A DNA stretch of 64,000 nucleotides from Calditrichaceae bacterium (GTDB lineage: Bacteria; Calditrichota; Calditrichia; Calditrichales; JBFXGD01): assembly GCA_050173015.1 (NCBI GenBank), contig JBFXLE010000002.1, forward strand, positions 160,001 to 224,000. Direction: 5' to 3'. The position numbers and the translations under genes were made by a program. Each line of letters opens with the position of its first letter. The first letter of the stretch is position 1. Positions 42,546 through 53,092 of the stretch are shown piece after piece. The notes beneath the pieces are model-generated. The model worked only from the letters and a program-made list of their open reading frames with translations, searched no databases and had not been told where the DNA came from.

Positions 42546-45500
42546 ATGAAGAAAATTTATGTCTCTATTTTGGTATTACTGGCGATCACCCCTTTATTCG
42601 CTCAGGGTGAATCTGAGAGCAGTGATTTTTCCTACGCGGTCAAACTGTATAATCAGGAATTTTATGATTTAGCCGCTCAGCAGTTCATCAAATTTTATAA
42701 TAATTATCCCCAAAGCTCCAGGATCGATGAAGCCAAATATTATTCGGGTATTTCTTTATTTAATCTGAATGATTATTTTCAGGCCCGCATTGAATTTCAA
42801 TCACTCGCGCTTGAGTTTCCGAAAAGTTCCAGGGCCGGGGAAAGCTGGTTCAAGATTGGTGAGTGCTATGAGAAAACAGGCAATTATTCGGAAGCTGTAA
42901 AGGCATATGAGACAATAAAAGTACTATATCCCAACCATCCACTGGCTCCAAACGGACTCTATCTTGCCGGTAACATCGGGATCAAACGCGAAGAATATGC
43001 AAAATCTTATCAAAATTTTTCTTTCATTCTTGAGAGGTATTCCGAATCAACATTTTATTACCCTGCCATGGTAAAATCTGGATTATGTCTCGCGCGGATG
43101 GATGACCTGGAGAAGGCAAAGCAGTATCTGCAGAGGGCGCTTGATTCGAAACCGGATGAACAGGTTTCAGCCGAAGCGAATCTTATACTTGGCAGAATAA
43201 ACGCGGGACAGGGATATTATGCGGATGCCAGGAAGAGATTCTTAAACGTCATCAACAATTATCCGAAGTCACCATTTGTGATCGACGCTATTAAAGATAT
43301 TTCTAAAATATATATCCAGGAAGGTGACTATAATAACGCTCAGATTTACCTAACCAAGGGAGTAAAAGAAAAAGTATCAGCCGAAAGTACGAATGAATTA
43401 CGTCTTTTGCTGGCTGATGTATATTATCTTAACGGAAAATTTGCGTTAGCTGATAAAGAATACGAGCAGATCTCCGGAGTTAAAGATGATTCTCTCATGC
43501 TTGTGTTGACATTTAAAAAGGCCCTTGCGAAAAAGCGACAAATCCTGATTACTCAGGCGAATGAATTACTTGGCAGCGCGCTCAAAGAATTTAAAAACAA
43601 AAACTCTGATCTTTATTCCGCTGTTTTCGATATTTATATTGACTGGCTTGAGGAAGGGCGAAAATACCGCCTGGCCATTTCCATGCTGTCGGAAAGAATA
43701 AACAAAATAGATCTTCTCGAGCATCGTATCGCGCCGACTAACCGTCTGGTAAAATTTCTAATAAAAACAGAGCAATGGCATGATATTATACGTCTGCTCC
43801 AACCGTTTCTATTGATTCAGGATAATTATCCCGAAAAGGATGATGTCTATTATTTTCTTGCATACTCATTTGAAAAAATAGCCGATTATTCTCAGGCGGC
43901 ATATCATTATAATCAACTGATCACTAATTTTCCCGCAAGCACTTATTATTCTGACGCGTTACAGCGGATGGGCTATCTGAGTGACTACAACCTGATCGAT
44001 CAGAATGTCGCGGTATCAAAACTGGCTGGCTTAATCGGTACCTTTCTCAATAAAAATAATGATCATTTACAATTTGAATTAGGTAAAATTTATTTTAATG
44101 ACCTTAAAGATTATAACAGCGCTGAAAATCAATTTAAACAAGCGCTTTTAAACGATACGGCTAAAACGGGAGATCTTTATCTATTTTTGGGAAAAACTCT
44201 TCTGAAAAAAGCTTACCGTGCAAATCTGACGAACGACGAAACATTGGTTTTCTTAAGGAACGCCAGCGATTATTTTACAAAATCGGTGGAAAACATATCA
44301 ACATGTTCAAATCCTGATGAAGCGTCATGGTTGCTTGTCAATACGAGCGTGAGCATTGATACCCTTCCGCTGGCCAAAGAAAAAAATTATATAGAAACGC
44401 TGATAAAAAAATATCCGGGCAGTAAACTCATAGAAACCTGGTATAAAAGCCTTGCCTTCGATCTTGCTTTTGATTCCGCTTTTCATAAGGACTCGATAAA
44501 ATATTTTGAGTTACTGATCAATAATTTTCGCGGTTCTGCTGATTACTCAGCCTATCTATATGGATATGCCCGATTGAAACAGGAATCAGATAAGGAAACC
44601 GCTATTAAGTTTTATAAAAAAATAGCCTCCGATTTTGCCAATAAAAATGAAGCTGCTGACGCTCTGCACGAAGTCGCCGGCTATTATGAAGAGCAATCTC
44701 AATTTAAGGATGCGAATACTCTTTATAAAAATTTGCTGGAAACATACTACTATTCAGACGCGGCGGTCGATGCCAGACAAAAAATAGGAATGATATATTT
44801 AAAGGCAGGATCATATCAGGAAGCGATCGATGCTTTGGACAAACAAATACATTCACCGTTTGTAACCGATTTTGTCTTAAGTAAGGAATTTTTGCCGCAA
44901 ACCCTTTACAGCAATGTCTTTTTTCTGGCGAAAGCATACGCAGGACAGGGTGATTATAAAAAAGCTCTCGAAAATTATAAGTTTTATTTGAATTTAGCCG
45001 CGAGCGGTGCATTGAGAGACGAAACCAGATTTGCGATGGGTGAGATTTATTATTCAAAAAATCAATTTAATATCTCTTTTGAAAACTTCATTCAGGTTTC
45101 GCGTGAAGATTCTGATCTGTATGCCAGATCACGCATGTACGCCGCGGAAATTCAATTCAATAGAGAAGAGTATAAAGAAGCGGCAGCTAATTTTAATGAA
45201 CTTTCAAAATTGATTCAGAATGAAGATGCTAAACGTGATGTCTCCGGCAAATATATTGTATGTCTAATCCGGGATGGAAATTTAGCCGAGAGTGAAAAAG
45301 CCATTGGCGCGTTTAAAAAGAATTTTAAAAAAGCCGATCAATTATTCGCTCAATTTATACTGGAATTTGGAAAATATTATCGTTTGAACAAAGATTTTAA
45401 CAAGGCAATAAAATACTTTGAACAGGTTAAGAAAAAATACAAGAATTCCGATTCTGTAGATGACGCGGACTATTTCCTGTCGTTGACATATTTAACGCTT

Positions 45501-46169
45501 AATAAACATGAAGATGCTTTAAAAATTCTAAGTACTTTTTCTTCAAATTACCCAAAAAGTGAACTTCTTTCTGCCGTTTATAACACGCTGGGAACAATTT
45601 ATTTCCGGTCGGAGAAATACGATTCCGCCATCGCGGTTTTTAAAAATTCCCTGGAATTATCGCCGGACCCGAATCTTGAAGAACAGATTATGTCGAATCT
45701 GATTAAAACTTACAGCCTTACCGGATTCTGGGACGCTGCCCAGGGAATGGCAAGACAATATGTAGAAAAATTTCCGAATGCAGACGATATACTTGATAAA
45801 AAAATTCTGATCGGTCAGGCTTTTATCAATTTAAACCAGTTCCAGACAGGTGTGGAATACCTAAAGAAAATAAAACTTGAAGCCGATAGTGATAGAGAAC
45901 CCGAAATTCAGTTTTATATTGGTGAAGCCCTTTTGAAAGCCGGACAATATGAAAGCGCCATTGCTGAGTTTGTGAAAATCCCGCTCCTTTCCAAAAAAAC
46001 AAAATTGCAATGGGAAGCCAGCGCGCTTTATTATTCGGGACAGGCCTATGAAAAGTTGGGCAGGATTACTGATGCTGTTCGTATGTATCAGGAAATTGTG
46101 AATCGGCCGGGAATAGACCTGATACTTAAAAAAGATGCTGAAAAAAGGATCAAACAGATACAGGGTTAA
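42546..46169 (+). CDS. Large secreted TPR-repeat protein (about 1200 aa; CpoB/BamD-type repeats)
   Basis: Signal peptide MKKIYVSILVLLAITPLFA; many TPR repeats with YP.S/FP.S turns. Confidence 0.85.
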   Translation: MKKIYVSILVLLAITPLFAQGESESSDFSYAVKLYNQEFYDLAAQQFIKFYNNYPQSSRIDEAKYYSGISLFNLNDYFQARIEFQSLALEFPKSSRAGESWFKIGECYEKTGNYSEAVKAYETIKVLYPNHPLAPNGLYLAGNIGIKREEYAKSYQNFSFILERYSESTFYYPAMVKSGLCLARMDDLEKAKQYLQRALDSKPDEQVSAEANLILGRINAGQGYYADARKRFLNVINNYPKSPFVIDAIKDISKIYIQEGDYNNAQIYLTKGVKEKVSAESTNELRLLLADVYYLNGKFALADKEYEQISGVKDDSLMLVLTFKKALAKKRQILITQANELLGSALKEFKNKNSDLYSAVFDIYIDWLEEGRKYRLAISMLSERINKIDLLEHRIAPTNRLVKFLIKTEQWHDIIRLLQPFLLIQDNYPEKDDVYYFLAYSFEKIADYSQAAYHYNQLITNFPASTYYSDALQRMGYLSDYNLIDQNVAVSKLAGLIGTFLNKNNDHLQFELGKIYFNDLKDYNSAENQFKQALLNDTAKTGDLYLFLGKTLLKKAYRANLTNDETLVFLRNASDYFTKSVENISTCSNPDEASWLLVNTSVSIDTLPLAKEKNYIETLIKKYPGSKLIETWYKSLAFDLAFDSAFHKDSIKYFELLINNFRGSADYSAYLYGYARLKQESDKETAIKFYKKIASDFANKNEAADALHEVAGYYEEQSQFKDANTLYKNLLETYYYSDAAVDARQKIGMIYLKAGSYQEAIDALDKQIHSPFVTDFVLSKEFLPQTLYSNVFFLAKAYAGQGDYKKALENYKFYLNLAASGALRDETRFAMGEIYYSKNQFNISFENFIQVSREDSDLYARSRMYAAEIQFNREEYKEAAANFNELSKLIQNEDAKRDVSGKYIVCLIRDGNLAESEKAIGAFKKNFKKADQLFAQFILEFGKYYRLNKDFNKAIKYFEQVKKKYKNSDSVDDADYFLSLTYLTLNKHEDALKILSTFSSNYPKSELLSAVYNTLGTIYFRSEKYDSAIAVFKNSLELSPDPNLEEQIMSNLIKTYSLTGFWDAAQGMARQYVEKFPNADDILDKKILIGQAFINLNQFQTGVEYLKKIKLEADSDREPEIQFYIGEALLKAGQYESAIAEFVKIPLLSKKTKLQWEASALYYSGQAYEKLGRITDAVRMYQEIVNRPGIDLILKKDAEKRIKQIQG

Positions 46170-46192
46170 TAATTCCATTAAAGGGAGACATC

Positions 46193-47530
46193 ATGCATAG
46201 ATTCACATTTGCGATAGCAGCCTTATTTATCCTTTTTGGTTTAATGGCCTGTTCGGGTTCAAAAAAATCCGGAGAGACAGTAGTTCCCTTCGAAAATAAT
46301 CAGCTGCAGGAACAGGTTGAGAATCTGCAGAAACAAATCAAGGATAATCCAAACACCCTGGAATACCGCAGGCAATTAGCAAGCCTTTATCAGCAAAATG
46401 GCAGAGAGATGGATGCCCTGCAGGTACTTGAGCGGGGATTTGCTATAGATCCGAATGATGCTGAATCAAAATTTCTTTATGCTGAAATTGCGGCGAGTTT
46501 GGGTGATAATTTGAAAGCATTCAGGGCATACAAAGACGTATTGCAAAGTTCTGACGGTGATGCCTATCTTGACAGGGTAGCGCCAAAATTTGCCGATGCT
46601 TTTCCGCTTACTAAATTAATCAGCACAGATGCCAATGAAGCATTCGGGACTTTTTCTGCTTCCGGAGATAAAGTTGTTTATCAATCGGATCAAAATGGAA
46701 ACTGGGACATTTTTGAATATGATATAGCGAGTACCAATATAACTCAGCTGACCAATTCTCCCGCGCACGAAGAGAATCCTGTCATATCGCCTGATGGTAA
46801 AGAGATAATCTATACTTCAACCGTGGAAGATCACCGGGACGTTGATTATAACCAAAAACTCAGGGATATATTTGTAAAGGATCTGGACACGGGACGTGAA
46901 AGGAATCTGACCACAAACGGATCAAATGACTGGCGTCCCCGGTATTCTTCAGATGGCAAATTGATTGTTTTTGTCTCTGAAAGAAACGACCTGAGAAATG
47001 TACCGTTCTATGAATTCCATGGAGATATTTTTCTCATGGAAAGTGACGGGAAATTCCAGAGAGCGTTAACAAAAAATTCTCAAAATAATGGCGGCGCGTG
47101 TTTGGCATACGGAAGTACTGAGGAAAACGGCGTCATCTATTTTGATTCAAACAGAAGCGGGGCCTACGAAATTTATAAGACCGATATGAAAGGCGCAAAA
47201 ACTTCCCAGATTACATTTAATGCGAATTCAAACGATGTATCACCCGATGTGTCTCCAAGAGGTGACAAAATTACATTTTTTTCCGACAGAGACGGTAATT
47301 ATGAGATATATTTGATGAATAATGACGGTTCAGCGGTTCAACGGTTAACATCGAACGTATCCGATGACCTGAATCCTGTATTTTCACCGGATGGAACCAG
47401 GATAATCTTTCATTCTAACCGTGGCGGTAATTTTGATATTTATATGCTTGATCTGACCAAAGAAAAAAGTACTCCGGCATTATATGAAGTTATTTCACGG
47501 ATCGATAAAGCGATCGAATCTCTTCTATAA
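46193..47530 (+). CDS. Lipoprotein with TPR and TolB-like PD40 beta-propeller
   Basis: Lipobox LMAC; TPRs; repeated SPDG..I.F.S.R.GN..IY motifs. Confidence 0.85.
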   Translation: MHRFTFAIAALFILFGLMACSGSKKSGETVVPFENNQLQEQVENLQKQIKDNPNTLEYRRQLASLYQQNGREMDALQVLERGFAIDPNDAESKFLYAEIAASLGDNLKAFRAYKDVLQSSDGDAYLDRVAPKFADAFPLTKLISTDANEAFGTFSASGDKVVYQSDQNGNWDIFEYDIASTNITQLTNSPAHEENPVISPDGKEIIYTSTVEDHRDVDYNQKLRDIFVKDLDTGRERNLTTNGSNDWRPRYSSDGKLIVFVSERNDLRNVPFYEFHGDIFLMESDGKFQRALTKNSQNNGGACLAYGSTEENGVIYFDSNRSGAYEIYKTDMKGAKTSQITFNANSNDVSPDVSPRGDKITFFSDRDGNYEIYLMNNDGSAVQRLTSNVSDDLNPVFSPDGTRIIFHSNRGGNFDIYMLDLTKEKSTPALYEVISRIDKAIESLL

Positions 47531-47548
47531 AAAACGATGAAATCAAAT

Positions 47549-47582
47549 AAGACCCGGTGATGTTTTTCATCGGGTTTTTTTA
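47549..47582 (+). terminator. Rho-independent terminator
   Basis: AAGACCCGGTGA-loop-TCATCGGGTTTT followed by poly-T. Confidence 0.8.
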
Positions 47583-47611
47583 TTGAATATCTGATTTCAG
47601 GATTGTATTTT
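47583..47611 (+). promoter_or_regulatory. Putative sigma70 promoter of the helicase-nuclease pair
   Basis: TTGAAT-17 nt-TATTTT. Confidence 0.4.
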
Positions 47612-47645
47612 CAAACGAATGTAATATATCAGGATTTCACGGAAC

Positions 47646-49922
47646 ATGAATCTTTCGCAATTAATAGAATATTTGTCCGAAGATCAGGACTTTCAGAAGA
47701 ACATAACAAAATGGACTGTAATAAACGAACGTCCGGCTTTTTTTGAAAACTTTCCCGAAAATCTTCATGAAAAATTAAAAGACGCGCTTTTGAAAAAAAA
47801 TATCCGCCAGCTTTATCTGCACCAGGTTGAGGCGTATAATCGTGTCAGGGTAGGGGAAAACGTTGTAATAGTCACTCCGACCGCTTCCGGAAAAACGCTC
47901 AGCTATAATCTCCCGGTATTTGAATCAATGCTTGAAAATCCCGAAGCCCGGGCACTGTACCTTTTTCCGACCAAAGCGCTTTCTCAGGATCAGGTCAAGG
48001 AAGTTCAGGATCTTGTTAATCTCCTTGATTCAGGAATCAAATCGTTCACCTTTGACGGTGATACTCCCGCCGATATCCGCCGGACTATCCGATCCGCCGG
48101 CCACCTTGTCGTTACAAATCCTGACATGCTTCATCAAGGTATTTTACCGCATCATACATTATGGATAAAATTATTTGAAAACTTGAAATTTATAGTTCTC
48201 GATGAAATTCACGCGTATCGTGGTGTTTTCGGCAGTCATCTTACAAATATTTTACGACGTTTAAAGAGGATATGTGAATTCTACGGGAGTAATCCCCAAT
48301 TTATCTGCTCAAGCGCCACAATCGCTAATCCGAAAGAGCTGGCGGAAAAATTAACAGGGGAACCGGTGACATTAATTGACAACAATGGCTCTCCATCAGG
48401 TGAAAAACATTTTTTGTTCTATAATCCACCGGTTATTAATTATGAGTTAGGTCTCCGAAAATCGGTTGTCTCCGAAGTTAGAAATGTAGTGAGAAAACTG
48501 CTTCCTACGGGAGCGCAGATCATCGTGTTTGCAAGAAGCCGTTTGCGGGTTGAAATACTTGTTACCTATATTAGAGAGACCGCGGCTCAACTAAAAATCG
48601 ATCCGAACAAAATTCGCGGATACAGAGGCGGATATCTTCCCAAAGAGAGAAGGGCTATTGAGAAAGGCTTGAAAAATGGCTCTATACAGGTTGTAGTGAG
48701 CACAAACGCGCTTGAACTGGGGATTGACATAGGGCAGCTGGATGTAGCCGTTATGGCGGGATATCCGGGATCTGTCGCCAGCACCTGGCAGCAATCCGGA
48801 AGAGCCGGCCGCAGGCAAAGCCTGTCAATGGCTATTCTTGTGGCATCAAGCGCCCCTTTAGATCAATATATCATTGAACATCCTGATTATTTTTTTCAGA
48901 AAAATCCGGAGACCGCCCAGATTGACGGAGATAATCTGCCGATTCTCATGAGTCATCTTAAATGCTCCGCGTTTGAACTGCCATTTAATGAAAAAGAACG
49001 ATTTGCGGATGATATAACGACACATTTATTGGATTTTCTCACAGAAGAACGCGTTTTAAGAAAAACAAACGGCAAGTACTTCTGGATGAGCGAAATATAT
49101 CCTGCCGATGAAGTGGGATTGCGCAGCGCTTCATCCGAGAATGTGGTAATAATTGATACGAGCGATCAGAACAGGGTGATAGGAGAAATTGATCTGTTTT
49201 CAGCCCCTGAGATCGTTCATAAGGACGCGATATACATTCACGACAGTGTTCAGTATCATGTAGATGAATTCGACTGGGATGAGCAAAAAGCTTATGTGCA
49301 TAAGGTCAATGTTGATCACTATACCGACTCCATAACAAAGACGGATTTAAAGGTTTTGGATATTCTGGAAGAGGGGAGACCGGGCGAATTTGGATATGCT
49401 AAATTTTATGGTGAAGTCGCGGTAACCAGAGTCACCACTAGCTATAAAAAAATTAAATTTCATACCCATGAAAATATAGGATTGGGAAGGGTTTATCTGC
49501 CTGAAATGGAGATTCAGACTTGCGCGCTCTGGTGGGAATTTCCGGATGATCTGTTTATTGATCCATACTTTAAGGAATCTGTAATCGGCGAAGGTCTAAA
49601 AGGCATCGCATATACATTGCAAAATCTGATTCCCCTATATATCATGTGTGATATTTCCGATATATCGGTAATACCAATGGTACGCGCTCCATTCAGTGGG
49701 AAACCGACCATTTATGTATATGATAAATACCAGGGAGGAATTGGATTAAGCCGAAAACTTTACGCAATAGACCGGACCGCGCTGCGAGCAGTAAAAGAAC
49801 ATATTCAGTCATGTCCATGCGCAAACGGCTGCCCCTCATGTACCGGACCGACAATTGAAGGCGGTATTTTTGGTAAAAAAAGCGCCATTAAGATACTAAA
49901 TCTATTATCGCTGAATGAATGA
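47646..49922 (+). CDS. mrfA: DEAD/DEAH-box helicase with DUF1998 (MrfA/YprA/Hrq1 family)
   Basis: TPTASGKTL, FPTKALSQDQ, DEIH, SATIANP, ALELGIDIG, QQSGRAGR; C-terminal YD..GGIG and CPCANGCPSC. Confidence 0.88.
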   Translation: MNLSQLIEYLSEDQDFQKNITKWTVINERPAFFENFPENLHEKLKDALLKKNIRQLYLHQVEAYNRVRVGENVVIVTPTASGKTLSYNLPVFESMLENPEARALYLFPTKALSQDQVKEVQDLVNLLDSGIKSFTFDGDTPADIRRTIRSAGHLVVTNPDMLHQGILPHHTLWIKLFENLKFIVLDEIHAYRGVFGSHLTNILRRLKRICEFYGSNPQFICSSATIANPKELAEKLTGEPVTLIDNNGSPSGEKHFLFYNPPVINYELGLRKSVVSEVRNVVRKLLPTGAQIIVFARSRLRVEILVTYIRETAAQLKIDPNKIRGYRGGYLPKERRAIEKGLKNGSIQVVVSTNALELGIDIGQLDVAVMAGYPGSVASTWQQSGRAGRRQSLSMAILVASSAPLDQYIIEHPDYFFQKNPETAQIDGDNLPILMSHLKCSAFELPFNEKERFADDITTHLLDFLTEERVLRKTNGKYFWMSEIYPADEVGLRSASSENVVIIDTSDQNRVIGEIDLFSAPEIVHKDAIYIHDSVQYHVDEFDWDEQKAYVHKVNVDHYTDSITKTDLKVLDILEEGRPGEFGYAKFYGEVAVTRVTTSYKKIKFHTHENIGLGRVYLPEMEIQTCALWWEFPDDLFIDPYFKESVIGEGLKGIAYTLQNLIPLYIMCDISDISVIPMVRAPFSGKPTIYVYDKYQGGIGLSRKLYAIDRTALRAVKEHIQSCPCANGCPSCTGPTIEGGIFGKKSAIKILNLLSLNE

Positions 49923-51097
49923 TGGATATCAATAAAAAACTGCAATTTTATAAATCCGGAAAAAACACTCATTCCGAAACCACAACAATTATTGCCCCTG
50001 TTAAGGCGCTCGCTCTTCATTTTAACGGCGAGATAATTTCACCCGAAGCTCCATACATCAAGATTTCGCATGCTGAACGCCTGTCAGGTATGCCGGATAA
50101 ATTAAATATAAACTTTTTGAGTAAAGGTCAGACGGACAATGAAATTATGACGGAAAACTGTCTGTTTTTTGATCTTGAAACGACCGGACTCGCCGGTGGG
50201 GCAGGGACATTCGCCTTCTTGCTGGGATTTGGATATATAAGAAATGATGAACTGATAGTTGAACAGTATTTTTTACCTGATTACGGCAGGGAGTATGATT
50301 TATTCAAGAACTTAAAGGAATGGCTGAATCGTTTCTCGCATCTGGTATCCTTTAATGGAAAATCTTACGATTTGCCTCTTTTAAAAAACCGGTTTGTGTT
50401 AAACAGAATTATACCTTCATTTCAGTCAATGCAGCAAATCGATCTGCTTCATTTGAGCCGCCGTCTTTGGAAGGACAGCATTGAATCCTGTAAACTCACC
50501 TCCCTTGAAGGTTATCTGTTTGATCTGGAAAGATCTGGAGATATCCCGGGAGCACTCATTCCGCAGGCCTACTTTGATTTTATCCGAACCGGAGTGGTGC
50601 ATAATATCATTAAGATCATCGAACATAATTACCAGGATATAGTTTCTTCCGCGCGGATTCTGATGCGGATTCATGAGATTGAGTCAGATCCGGCAATCTT
50701 GAAATCAGATCCGCGGGCTTTACTTAGGTTTGCCGGTCTTGCTTTTGAGAATGGTCATGAAGAAATTCTCAGAATGGTCGCGGGGATATTTGATGATGTA
50801 CCGGATCAGATCAAGGTATGGCAAAGCATTATTTATAAAAAAAAGAAAGCCTGGCAAGAAGCAGTCCAATTATGGGAAGAACTAACTTCATCCGTAAATT
50901 TCATTTTTTTCGCCCTTGAAGAATTAGCAAAATTTCATGAGCATGTAAAAAAAGACCACAAAACGGCTCTTTTTTTTACAAATCGGGCGTTACAAAACAT
51001 AGATTCTCTGGGTCAACTGGATGCTTCAATTGATTCAGATTATTATTCTACATCTTTCCGCCACAGAAAAATGCGTCTTCTGTTAAAATTATCTTGA
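49919..51097 (+). CDS. mrfB: RNase H-like DEDDh exonuclease with TPR (MrfB/YprB family)
   Basis: FFDLETTGL, SFNGKSYD, DLLH..RR, HNYQD, EELAKFHEH; overlaps helicase stop by 4 nt. Confidence 0.85.
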   Translation: MMDINKKLQFYKSGKNTHSETTTIIAPVKALALHFNGEIISPEAPYIKISHAERLSGMPDKLNINFLSKGQTDNEIMTENCLFFDLETTGLAGGAGTFAFLLGFGYIRNDELIVEQYFLPDYGREYDLFKNLKEWLNRFSHLVSFNGKSYDLPLLKNRFVLNRIIPSFQSMQQIDLLHLSRRLWKDSIESCKLTSLEGYLFDLERSGDIPGALIPQAYFDFIRTGVVHNIIKIIEHNYQDIVSSARILMRIHEIESDPAILKSDPRALLRFAGLAFENGHEEILRMVAGIFDDVPDQIKVWQSIIYKKKKAWQEAVQLWEELTSSVNFIFFALEELAKFHEHVKKDHKTALFFTNRALQNIDSLGQLDASIDSDYYSTSFRHRKMRLLLKLS

Positions 51098-51122
51098 CAG
51101 AAATTGCTCTTCAGACTATATT
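51094..51122 (+). promoter_or_regulatory. Putative sigma70 promoter
   Basis: TTGACA-17 nt-TATATT, near consensus. Confidence 0.65.
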
Positions 51123-51165
51123 TATACGTTATTAAATCCCGCCTTTCACACCATATGGAGGTATT

Positions 51166-52962
51166 ATGACCTATCAAAATCTAGCTGAAATGTTTTTCAG
51201 AAAACGCAAGGATCTTGGTTCAAAATCCGGCTACATGTACAAAAAAGACGGTAGTTGGATCTCAATTACCTGGAAAGACGCAGTTGACCGGGCAGAAAAT
51301 TTGTCCGCAGGGTTGGCTTCATTAGGAGTTAAAAAAGGAGATAGGGTCGCGATTATTTCCGGGAATAGGGTCGAATGGGCTCTAACTGATTATGCGACAT
51401 GTGCTCTTGGAGCTGTGTTAGTTCCTATTTATCCTTCCCTGTTAAAGGAACAGGTAAAATACATTCTAAACGACTCGGAATCTATGGTTGTTGTCGTGTC
51501 AGATGAAATCCAGATGGAAAAAGTTGATGGGATAAAAAAAGAACTAAAAACAACGAAACACTACTATGTTTTTGATTCAGTGTCAGAGAAGTTGGCCGAT
51601 CCTTGGTGTGTATTTGAAAGTCTTGCGGAAAAAGGAAAAGAATTTCTCAAGAAAAATAAAGATTATATAACAAATAGCATTTCTGAAGTGAAGCCCGAAG
51701 ACTGGTCCACGATAATTTACACATCAGGCACCACCGGGGAGCCGAAAGGCGCAATCCTTACGCATAAAAATTTTATATCCAATGTTGAGGATTCCACCAC
51801 TGTATTAAAAGTTTACCAGGATGATATACTTTTATCTTTTTTGCCACTAAGCCATGTATTAGAGAGAATGGCCGGGCATTATTTGTCCTGTTATTATGGC
51901 GCCACCGTCGCATATGCCGAAAGTATAGACACCGTTGCGGAAAATATGGGGGAAATAAAACCGACACTTATGGTGGCCGTGCCGAGATTATATGAGAAAA
52001 TGTACGGACGCGTCCTTGAAAATGTTGAAATGGGATCTCCGCTTAAGAGAAAAATATTCTATTGGGCATTAAAAGTTGGAAAAGAATACATCAATAAAAT
52101 AATGGATCATCAACCAATTCCTTCCGCATTGCAATTCAAAAGAAATCTCGCGTATAAACTAGTGTTTCATAAGCTGAGTGAACGGGTTGGAGGTAGATTG
52201 CGGTTCTTTATCAGCGGCGGCGCTCCGTTATCTGCCGATATTGCTGAGTTCTTCGGCGCGGCCGGAATATATGTTCTCGAAGGATATGGACTCACTGAAA
52301 CATCTCCTGTAATCTCCGTAAACACCCTCGAAAAATTCAGATTCGGCACCGTCGGTCCCGTGATACCGAATGTGGAAGTAAAAATCGCGGATGACGGAGA
52401 AATATTGACCCGCGGAAATCATGTGATGGTGGGTTATTACAAAAAAGAAGCCGACACTAAAGAAGTGATAGAACCGGATGGATGGTTCCATACAGGGGAT
52501 ATTGGGCTGATAACAGACGAAGGCATGCTGAAGATAACAGACCGGAAAAAGAATATAATTGTAACATCCGGAGGAAAAAATATCGCGCCTCAGATGATTG
52601 AAAACCTTCTTATCACCTCTAAATATATCGAGCAGTCAATGGTTGTTGGTGACAGGAGAAAATTCTGTACGGCTGTTATTGTTGCCGCGGAAGAACCGCT
52701 GGGCAAATGGGCAAAATCAAAAAATCTGACATATAACAGTTATGAAGAGTTAATTAATTTACCGGGTGTTCATGAATTGCTTCGGGAGGATATTGATAAG
52801 CTGACATCATCTTTGGCGAGTTATGAAACCATAAAGAAGTTCTTCTTGGCTCCCGCGCTGTTCTCAATTGATACCGGAGAGTTAACTCCGTCTCTAAAAG
52901 TAAAAAGAAAAGTTGTTGAAGAAAAATACCGCAAGGAAATTGACCAGATGTACGTGGTTTAA
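51166..52962 (+). CDS. fadD: Long-chain fatty acid-CoA ligase
   Basis: YTSGTTGEPKG, LPLSHVLER, SGGAPL, EGYGLTE, GWFHTGD, ELTPSLK. Confidence 0.92.
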   Translation: MTYQNLAEMFFRKRKDLGSKSGYMYKKDGSWISITWKDAVDRAENLSAGLASLGVKKGDRVAIISGNRVEWALTDYATCALGAVLVPIYPSLLKEQVKYILNDSESMVVVVSDEIQMEKVDGIKKELKTTKHYYVFDSVSEKLADPWCVFESLAEKGKEFLKKNKDYITNSISEVKPEDWSTIIYTSGTTGEPKGAILTHKNFISNVEDSTTVLKVYQDDILLSFLPLSHVLERMAGHYLSCYYGATVAYAESIDTVAENMGEIKPTLMVAVPRLYEKMYGRVLENVEMGSPLKRKIFYWALKVGKEYINKIMDHQPIPSALQFKRNLAYKLVFHKLSERVGGRLRFFISGGAPLSADIAEFFGAAGIYVLEGYGLTETSPVISVNTLEKFRFGTVGPVIPNVEVKIADDGEILTRGNHVMVGYYKKEADTKEVIEPDGWFHTGDIGLITDEGMLKITDRKKNIIVTSGGKNIAPQMIENLLITSKYIEQSMVVGDRRKFCTAVIVAAEEPLGKWAKSKNLTYNSYEELINLPGVHELLREDIDKLTSSLASYETIKKFFLAPALFSIDTGELTPSLKVKRKVVEEKYRKEIDQMYVV

Positions 52963-52978
52963 TCGTTTTGGTTAAAAT

Positions 52979-53008
52979 AAAAGGGAGTCAGTCTGGCTCC
53001 CTTTTTTT
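52979..53008 (+). terminator. Rho-independent terminator
   Basis: AAAAGGGAGTCAG-T-CTGGCTCCCTTTT followed by T run. Confidence 0.85.
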
Positions 53009-53092
53009 ATTGTAAAAAAACCTGATCTAATCATTAAAATTTCTTAACTTGCAATATATAAGTGATTTATACAGAAGAGTTCATTCATCCAA

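Noticed and set aside
47646..49922. DISARM/Druantia-type defence helicase
   Set aside because: No methyltransferase, PLD or other defence partners; the YprB-type neighbour fits MrfAB repair
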